In this document: in pieces, positions 55,437-64,000 of the stretch | Layout: every line of letters starts with the position of its first letter | Position numbering within the stretch: position 1 is the first letter of the stretch | Program-made: the position numbers and the translations under genes | Notes under the pieces: model-generated | The model's database searches: none | The model's input: only the letters and a program-made list of their open reading frames with translations | Told to the model about the DNA's origin: nothing | Origin: Podospora anserina | Lineage: Eukaryota | Direction of reading: 5' to 3' | Assembly (NCBI GenBank): GCA_017654855.1 | Contig: CM030334.1 | Location: forward strand, 3,534,001-3,598,000 | Length of the DNA stretch: 64,000 bases

Positions 55437-55597
55437 GATTGCTGGTGGTTGGCTGTCGTGGTGGATGGATTGATCGAAGTTGGCGTTGGGGCGGGCTGCA
55501 CAGCAAGTCTTCTGAGTTCGGGAGTCGTGAATTTTTTGGTGGCCCCGCTTGAGGTGGTCAGGGCGGCCCACCAGCCACTCACGGGGCCGCATTCACC

Positions 55598-55605
55598 TTA
55601 GGGCT
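55598..55605. promoter_or_regulatory. TTAGGGCT / AGCCCTAA motif in the RPS5-RPS25 bidirectional promoter
   Basis: Lies near the middle of the 295-bp head-to-head intergenic region. GCCCTAA-type motifs are known upstream of ribosomal protein genes in filamentous ascomycetes. Confidence 0.5.
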
Positions 55606-55731
55606 CGGTTGACCTAAGCTTTGCCAGAGAGCAGCGAACCTCTGTCAGAAAAAACTCCCCGCCTTTGACATTGCGACCGCTGGACCTCGACCTCTGACCC
55701 GTTCACCAAACCACCAGAACAGACATCCAAA

Positions 55732-56195
55732 ATGGCTCCCGCGGCAACTGGTGCGAAGAAGCAGAAGAAGAAGTGGTCCAAGGGAAAGGGTAAGCTTCAT
55801 TCATGTCGAAAATTTGATGCCCTGATGCCTCTGCAATTGGGGTTGGGGCGATGGCGATAGGCACGGTCGCAGACGCAGATGGCTAACCTTTGGCAAAAAC
55901 AACAGTCAAGGACAAGGCCCAGCACGCCGTCATCCTCGACAAGACCACTTCCGACAAGCTCTATAAGGATGTCCAGTCCTACCGCCTCGTGACTGTCGCC
56001 ACCCTCGTCGACAGACTCAAGATCAACGGCTCCCTCGCCCGGAGGTGCCTTGCCGACTTGGAGGAGAAGGGCCAGATCAAGCAGGTCGTCAGCCACAGCA
56101 AGATGAAGATCTACAGTATGTTTGGTTGATGGTTCGCGACAGTAGCGGAATTGTGCTGACACGCTCTAGCTCGCGCCGTTACCGCCGCCGAGTAA
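55732..56195 (+). CDS. RPS25: 40S ribosomal protein S25 (eS25), 3 exons
   Basis: MAPAATGAKKQKKKWSKGK / VKDKAQHAVILDK...LVDRLKINGSLARRCL...HSKMKIY / TRAVTAAE. Confidence 0.97.
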
Positions 56196-58138
56196 ATATT
56201 TCCCACCAAAGACTTCATTTCAACGGACCTGACGGGCAGGACAAATAACGACTTTTGTTAACGGCGGTTCGCTTGGGGTTTACGGTTTCATCGGGTTATT
56301 TACGGCTACATCACTGGGAAAGGGGTTCTTTTTTCAGCACGGTGTAGCATAGGGATCGGAAGCGCTCCAGGATTCCTTAGATCGGAATTGCATCAAGATA
56401 CGAACAGAAAACGCCGCTCCGCCCGGCAGCCCGGAGCATGGAGATGTGATACCACACAATAAAGTCAGCATGCCCAAAAACTGATGACGTGACGAGAACT
56501 TTCTTTGGGATTGGAAGCGGAATGTGATGTATGCCGCGGAGGGCGCAGGAACCACGCAGCTCAAGACAGAAATCGAGACTGATTCCCAGTCCAACTGTGC
56601 CAGTGTCTCTTCGTGTGCTTGTGCTCGTGCTGGCCGAGACGCCCCCCGAGTTGATGACATCACTTGAAGACTACGCGATCACGCGTTAAGTGCAATAGAC
56701 TGGCCATTGAGGTGTCGACGACGAGGAAAAGATATGCAAAGTGTGTCGGTGGAGTGTGTCGATGCCTTCTCCAATCCATATGGTATATTGCTGCTGACTC
56801 TTTGCCGCGCCGAGCCTCTCTTTGTCCTGGTCTTCTTCGATTGTTCGAGGGTTGTTCGAGCAAGCTGTTTGTTGGAAATCTTATCTCAGTCCAACATGTA
56901 GGTCTCCAAGCAAGCCCGTCATGCCGTAATTATCGCCAGTATATCAATAAGGCAGTTGGGTAATATTCATGCAGCTGCTGGTTCCAAGACACCGGATCAT
57001 TCCGGAGGTTGGAGGTCTCGGCCCTGAGATGAGTTGGCAAAGAACCACAACATTCTATTCGTCCACCCAAACAGACGTTGGAAGGCACAAATAACAACCA
57101 AAATCCACCACAACCTCAGGGGTTTGCCGCATCTCAGAATCGTTGATGCCTTTCCATGTCTCCGTATCTCAAAAGAAAAGCTGAGGATCGTTGCCCTGTC
57201 CGGCAAGTGCCGTTTGACTCTTGCCACTGGTATCTTGACGCTGCCAAGGCCGGGAAGCCTGGGGAAAGTGTGGGATGCCGACAGGCCGGGAGGTCAGGAC
57301 ATGGGAGGATGATGCCATCTGGATATCAAAATCGAGGGTTCACCTTGCTTATAACCTGTCAACTTGTCAGTTCTTCAGGGTCCTTTCCCAACTCCAATTC
57401 GAACAGACATAGCAATTGGATCCGGCCGATTGGTTGCTGTCGGCGGCGTTGATCGGAAACTTTTTATTAGCCTCGTGGAACCTTTACAGCCGAACGGGGC
57501 TAGAAGAGTTGGCAGCGATCCTTGTGAATTTTTTACCATGATCGAAACCCGGCCCGGCGATAAAGCACTTTGCACTTTTCAAGGGGGAGAGGGGGGCTTG
57601 AAACTTCGGTTGAGAATCGGTCTATGAAAGTTTACACTTTGAAGGCGGCGGGCTGGACTTGCGGTGACAGCTGCTGCATGTGAGAAGCTGGAAGGAAGCC
57701 CACACACAACGCACCCCGGGCGGCCGTTGATGCAATTCCAGGCAAAATCCTGCCACAGAAAAATGGCTCCCCTTCGGCCGCTCACTACCAGAGAAAGAAA
57801 AAGACTGGAGCCTCGGGCTTAACCGGCAACTGCGTTGCTGTTAGCGCTACTGTGCCGGCCAGTGATAAGGCTGGAAATTGAGCAGAAAGGCAGTGGATGG
57901 CTGGCGATGGCCCGTGCCCGCACTGACAGGGGCGCCGGGAAGACTCGCAAAGCTCAAAAGCTGGTCTCTTCCAAGGCCCACTTGTCGAATTTTTTTCCCT
58001 CTCCCCCCCCAAACCCTCTCGTCCGCAGAATTTAATTCTCGCGACCTCCCCATCTCTTCCCGTTTCCAATCTCTCACCGCAGAGATCTCTCCACTCATTC
58101 TTTTCTAATCGAGGCCGACTTGATCAGAAATCTTCAAA

Positions 58139-59740
58139 ATGTCTGACGTTAAGCCTCACGTTTTGGGCATGCCCGTAAGTTCAACCTCTCTGCCGCCGTC
58201 ATCTCCGTTAATTCCCTCGGATCCGTCCACGCCGACGCCCACGAAACCCCTCGGAGCCCTGTCGTCATGACTGCCATCACCAATTGACCCCGACGACTCG
58301 GAACAATGGTCTCTTGGATGATGGCCTTCAAGATGGCATCCTCACGAGTGCTGTTGGGCACCGGCTGTAGCGGTTACCCCTCCAAACGGACGATATCAGA
58401 ATTGTGCGCAGTTTAACTAACATGTTTTGCAATAGCCCTTCGTGGTGGACTTCTTGAGTACGTAGAACCCGAAATCAACGACCGGACGAACATTCACATT
58501 CTCTTCTCTTTTCCTTGAGAATGCTGGGTGTCGGATATCCCTCGCTGCGCCGCAGTTGGTTGGGCCTCGCAATTCACAACAGCATGCTGACAACATACAA
58601 CAGTGGGTGGTGTCTCCGCCGCCGTCTCGAAGACCGCTGCTGCTCCCATCGAGCGCATCAAGCTTCTCGTTCAGAACCAGGTACGTTGTTACCGGGCACA
58701 CATCTGCCCTCCCTGACTGCTCTCTTGTGGGCGGGGCAGCTGGAATTGCTGCATATGCTACGGTGGATCAATCTGATCTCCGCTGTCACGTGCCAGCAGC
58801 TACAGTCCTCCCTGGAGAGCGGCAGGTCCCGCAACCACACATTTCTGACGGATCACTAACAACCCTCCAGGATGAGATGATCAAGGCCGGCCGCCTCGAC
58901 CGCCGCTATGCTGGTATCACCGACTGCTTCAAGCGCGTCACCGCCGACGAGGGTGTCATGTCCCTCTGGCGTGGCAACACTGCCAACGTCATCCGTTACT
59001 TCCCCACCCAGGCCTTGAACTTCGCTTTCCGTGACAAGTTCAAGAAGATGTTCGGCTACAAGAAGGACAAGGATGGCTACGCCAAGTGGATGGCTGGTAA
59101 CCTTGCCTCCGGTGGTGTAAGTTTTGCTCTGGATCTACTATTCGCCCGAGGCCTGTGCTGACATTGATATCTCTAGGCCGCTGGTGCCACTTCCCTCCTC
59201 TTCGTCTACTCCCTTGACTACGCCCGTACCCGTCTGGCCAACGACTCCAAGTCTGCCAAGGGTGGCGGTGCCCGTCAGTTCAACGGTCTCATCGACGTCT
59301 ACAGAAAGACTCTCGCCGCTGACGGCATCCGCGGTCTCTACCGTGGCTTCGGTCCTTCCGTTGCCGGTATTGTCGTCTACCGTGGTCTCTACTTCGGCAT
59401 GTACGACTCCATCAAGCCCGTCCTCCTTGTCGGTGACCTCCAGAACAACTTCCTTGCCTCTTTCGCCCTTGGTTGGTGCGTCACCACCGGTGCCGGTATC
59501 GCCTCTTACCCCCTTGATACCGTCCGTCGTCGCATGATGATGACCTCCGGTGAGGCTGTCAAGTACAAGTCCTCTTTCGATGCCTTCCAGCAGATCGTCC
59601 GCAAGGAGGGTGTCAAGTCTCTCTTCAAGGGTGCCGGTGCCAACATCCTCCGTGGTGTCGCCGGTGCTGGTGTCTTGTCCATCTATGACCAGCTCCAGGT
59701 CCTCATGTTCGGCAAGGCCTTCAAGGGTGGTTCCGGCTAA
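58139..59740 (+). CDS. AAC: Mitochondrial ADP/ATP carrier (adenine nucleotide translocator), 5 exons
   Basis: [47 protein letters not shown] signature. Introns 58175-58435, 58458-58603, 58681-58870, 59117-59176. Confidence 0.98.
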
Positions 59741-60372
59741 ATGCACTTAGCCATTGTACAAACACAACAATGACAGGGGAAGGATGGTGGCGGTTTTGGG
59801 GAAGAAGAGATGGGTAGACAGGGTGGATCCGTTCGTGGCCGCATGGACGTGCTGGGACGGTGGAAAAACACTTGCGGGTTAAAATTGGGCATGTCTGGCG
59901 TTATGGGACGCGGATGGGCCGAGGGTTACTCGCTGTAATTTATACTCTTTCAGCCATTCCTGGTGTATTCCTCGTCACGATGGGATTGCTTTGCCACTCC
60001 TGGCTATTTCCTTTGGTTGCATGCGAATCATAGATCCTTGACAGTACTGAATTTGCGGTTTAGAGTGATTTTTCTCGTCCTTGCCTACTTTGTGAGATGT
60101 CATTTTGTAAAAGATATACCTCCTTCCATATATCAACACCAAGGTTGCCGGTGATATGGATGGAAGACCAGAATGGTGATGCTTCACCTGACAAACGGTC
60201 ACGTTACGTAATTGGCCAGTTGCGTCACGCTTTCCAATTTCAATCTTTCAACTCCAACCTTGTTCAATTAATTAAACGAACCCCAACCGCCCCAGATTCC
60301 TACCTAACGTCGAAATCACCTTTCATCTCAAGTCTTAGCAGAACAACTATTCGACTTGCTAGATATATCAGC

Positions 60373-60846
60373 ATGCCACCAAAACAGTCTACCGGTGCGG
60401 GCGACCGCGATCGACCAGCCGGGAGTGTTAACAAGTCCAGCGCTGCTGCAAAAACGGCAGCCAACTCGAGTAAACGCCCCACAGCCAATACCACTACTGG
60501 TGCCAACAAGAAGAAGAGAAAAGCCACACTCTCCGACGAAGAGAACGACTCTGGCAGACGACGAACCCAGCCAGAAGTGGAGGAGGAGGAAGAAGACGAA
60601 GAGGACGAAGAGGACGAAGACGACGAGAGGGAGTCGATCCCGCCTGAGCTACTCTCAAAGATCGTTCACGAGCTGTTTGAGCACAAGGAAACCAAGATCA
60701 CCAAGGACGCCAACAATGCTCTGTCGGGGTATATGGATGTTTTTGTGAGGGAGGCGATCGCGCGAGCGGCTGCGGAGAGGAAGGGGGCTTTTTTGGAGGT
60801 GGAAGATTTGGAGAAGGTGGCGGCGCAGTTGGTTTTGGATCTTTGA
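60373..60846 (+). CDS. MHF2: CENP-X / MHF2 histone-fold protein
   Basis: IPPELLSKIVHELF...TKITKDA...YMDVFVREAIARA...LEVEDLEKVAAQLVLDL, preceded by a basic/acidic N-terminal extension. Confidence 0.88.
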   Translation: MPPKQSTGAGDRDRPAGSVNKSSAAAKTAANSSKRPTANTTTGANKKKRKATLSDEENDSGRRRTQPEVEEEEEDEEDEEDEDDERESIPPELLSKIVHELFEHKETKITKDANNALSGYMDVFVREAIARAAAERKGAFLEVEDLEKVAAQLVLDL

Positions 60847-62982
60847 GGTTATGGAGGAGTGGGGACAGTCAGCATATGGGCAAGAGCCAGGACGGTGGTC
60901 ACCGACGACAAGGCTGAATGGACAGTGGGGCTTTGGTTGTGAGGCTATTTGTACGGCATCTTCAGGGCAAAGGCAGGGTGGATGGCCGCCGTTGAGTTGG
61001 TTTATGGCGGATGGGTAGCGGATAGTGTTATGGAAAGGAAGAGAGGGGGTTTACCAACACGCAACATCCGGCCGATCATCTTTCAGATGCCGGCCAGGAG
61101 ACGGAACGGAACAGGTTCGTTGTTTAAGTCGGGCCAGTACCGATGCAGGAGGGTGATGTTTCTTGGCCCTGTGCTTTGTTGTTCCTGCTTTTATGGGGTT
61201 GGGGGCGTGGGATGGAATAGAATACAAGGCGTCTAGGAAAAGGCAGATGGAGTCGGACTAAGTCTACTGAGGGGATTGATGAAGGGAGTCCTCCTCTAGG
61301 AAGGCCTTCTAATACAAACAAGTCTTTAGACATGACTCTGATGTTGGCACATGACATAAAACGACAAGAGAACATGAATCGAAGCGTCAGTTCGGACGAT
61401 GAGTTAGGAAGATGCTGCGAATCCGCCACCACCCCCATCAGCTTCTCCAAAAGTTGGTGCGTATGCATGTTTTGGTAGATCGGGCTGTTGAATCTTGGAA
61501 AGCTATCAATGAGAAACAAAAGCGACGCTACGAATAATAGTCCTCCTTGCGTTTGCCGTGGATGTTTCGACAGGGTGAATGCTTGTTACGGGACCTGCAC
61601 TCCGTAGGGGAAAAGCCAAGATATGGATGACAGAAAATAAAAAACCCCAAGCAGCAAGCGCCGACCAGAAGATGTCGCTGTGTGAGCCGAGGCGCTTGGG
61701 GGAGAAGGCTGAAACCGAGAGCTGTTTGACATGCGTCACAGAACCCGCACTCTGTGGCAGAAGAAGCCCGTGCATAGGTCTGGTGGGCGGCCCCCTGCCA
61801 ACCCCTGTTTTTTCTGGAGAGCCTCCACGGTCACCCGCTCTTCCAGCGGCGCGAACTGGACAACAGCAAACCTTATTTCGGCTCCATCTGTGTCCGAATC
61901 CACTCAATTCGACGTCAACCTCGACTTCTTCTCCATGCTGGCCACAGCCGCCCCAGGGCCACGAGGGCAGCAACCGCTGTGGCTTGCTCCCCGGGGCTGT
62001 GGCCGGCGATGGCACTGGATCAGAGGCTTCATCGTCAGCCGGCACTTGCAGCGCTTCCTGTCAGCTCTCTTCCACTAGGACTTGGCCACGCAAGAGAAGC
62101 AAGCCCAAGACCTTCAAAGCCACACGGAAGACACAGACATCCGGGCGGCTGCTACGAATATATACTACATTGACAAGGTGCTAACAAAGTGCCATAGGTA
62201 TTGGTGCAGCCAAGCGAGGGGTAGTTGTTAGTGAAACGCCGCATCGAGGCGGGAGAGAGATGGCTTGTTCCCAGCAGTCTGGGACCAGTGAGATTCTCAT
62301 CCATGTCCCCCAAAACACCATCTCAGGATAGCTTGCCACCACACAGACGAACCCATGATGCGTTCGCAACAACATCAATTGCCAGCTGCAAACACGAGCA
62401 GGACCTCTTTCAGCATTGATCCTTGATATAAACCAATTTCCTTTGGTTTTTCTTGGTGGCATCGCAGCTTTCCTAGCCTAGCGCCGAGAGGTTGCGGTCA
62501 AAACGTCGAGACGTTTCAAAGACCTCACCTTGGACCCCCCGGCCCTTGCAAGCACCCCCTGTCCCCCCTACCATTCGGATGTCTCGAGATGCGCTGCAGG
62601 TGGATGCGTGCGAGTGCACCTTCAGACGATCCTTCACTTTCCCGCCGGGACCATATTCATGCTTTAAATCACGGCACGTCCCAGACCTCCTGGCCTGGCC
62701 TTCTCTTTTTTCCTCTTCATCTGTCCATAGTCTTCAGTTCAGGTGTCGTCCTGTTTTCTTAATCTTTTTCCTCTCTCTTCTCTTCTTCGCCGTCAACCAT
62801 TCTTTTGACCCTTTACCAACTACCAGGCTAGACCTGTAATATTCACACAGCGCCAGTCGCTTTATTATCAGAAAACAACTTAACAAACACTCTCTTTTTC
62901 GACGAGCCGGACACTCGCTTCAAACCTCCCCTTTTTATTTTATCACCAAACAACACAAAACCACATACACATATACCTCAAA

Positions 62983-63702
62983 ATGCAGTTCAAGACACTT
63001 GCCCTTGCCGCTCTCGCGAGCTTGGCCTCCGCTCAAAGAACCTGGGTTGTCACCGTTGCGCAGAACGGCAGCCTCACCTTTTCCCCCGACAACATCAAGG
63101 CCGCCCCAGGCGAGTTTGTCCAGTTCCAGTTCCTCGCTGGCAACCACACCGTCACTCAGTCCACCTTCGACAAGCCATGCCAGCCCATCGCCATGCACAG
63201 CAACGCTACCGGCTTCCACTCCGGCTTCCAGCCCGTGGCCGCCTCTGCCTCGATGGGCATGATCCCCACCTACACCATCCAGATCAACAACACCAACCCC
63301 CTCTGGCTCTACTGCGCTCAGGGCCGTCACTGCGAGAACGGCATGTCCATGGTCATTAACGAGCCGTACGTTTTTTTCCCCTCTACCTCTTCAGACTGAA
63401 GATATGACAAACTAACACATCAAAACAGAGCAACCAACCCCAACCGCACCCTCGCCAACTACAAGGCCCTTGCCGCCCAGGCTCAGACCATTCTCCCCGG
63501 CGGCAGCGCCTCGGGCGGCCAGACCGGCAGCACCGACTCCCCCACCACTCCCCCCACCGGCACCACCCCCGATGGCGAGACCGCCCCCGGCACCGAGACC
63601 TCCGAGAGCGCCTCCCCAAGCGTCACGGCCGGTGCTGGCATGCTCGCCGCGCCAGGAGCCTTTGTGCTCTTTGCCGCCGGTGCCGTTGCCATGCTTCTTT
63701 AA
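62983..63702 (+). CDS. Secreted, probably GPI-anchored cupredoxin-domain protein (extracellular serine-rich protein family), 2 exons
   Basis: Signal peptide, LTFSPDNIKA, NHTVTQSTFDKPC, YCAQGRHCENGM (His/Cys/His/Met ligands). Intron 63366-63428. Hydrophobic tail. Confidence 0.92.
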
Positions 63703-64000
63703 TGTCCATTTTTACCACCTGGGTATTAGAGTGATGTCTTTTTCAATTTCAAAAAGCAGGAGGAGGAATTTAATATTTTTTGGGACTTGTTTCAAAGGGA
63801 TAAACAGGAGGCTACCTATCTAGCCCTCGGGTTTTGGGGCTGGGTGAGTGGGGATGATGATACCAAAGAGAGAAAGAGCCTGGTGAATGGAGTCGTTTTA
63901 TGTTGTTCAATTCTAGGGGGAGATATCTTGGTGTACATAATTCTTTGTTGTGGTTGCATGATATCGCCCCGGTGTTCTTTTTTGTTTTTTTGACTTGGGG

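Noticed and set aside
56482-56582. Possible box C/D snoRNA (TGATGA ... CTGA) downstream of RPS25
   Set aside because: No terminal stem and no recognisable rRNA guide; such short boxes occur by chance. An Rfam/snoscan search would settle it.
60950-62900. ORFs of 60-200 aa upstream of the cupredoxin gene
   Set aside because: Overlapping on both strands without coding-like codon bias or motifs; more likely a long promoter and 5' UTR.

Overview
Intron-containing, GC-rich filamentous-ascomycete DNA. GT..CTAAC..AG introns, RIP-type damage and gene style suggest Sordariales, Podospora-like; this is an inference. About 27 protein-coding genes are present. Housekeeping blocks are tetraspanin-LHS1-DBP6-GPI3 (26.4-36.2 kb) and GNAT-RPS5/RPS25-ADP/ATP carrier-MHF2-cupredoxin (52.7-63.7 kb). 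These alternate with accessory-looking blocks. (i) 0-14.7 kb: RIP-damaged DNA-transposon relics, a Rieske/FAD oxidoreductase, cell-surface proteins and an aspartic protease with a non-canonical active site. (ii) 14.8-25.7 kb: a ZnF-GBP-like GTPase-RING-patatin fusion in tandem with a divergent ammonium transporter, a divergently transcribed orphan, and an APH-like kinase. (iii) 36.5-52 kb: a head-to-head HSPA12-like Hsp70 / coiled-coil pair whose partner may have a GrpE/MIEAP-like C-terminus, flanked by a prion-like/helical protein, a degenerate PARP-like protein and a possible U-box-like protein. Blocks (ii) and (iii) are the best candidates for undescribed, possibly immune or nonself-recognition, systems. 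All family calls come from motif recognition by eye; no searches were run.
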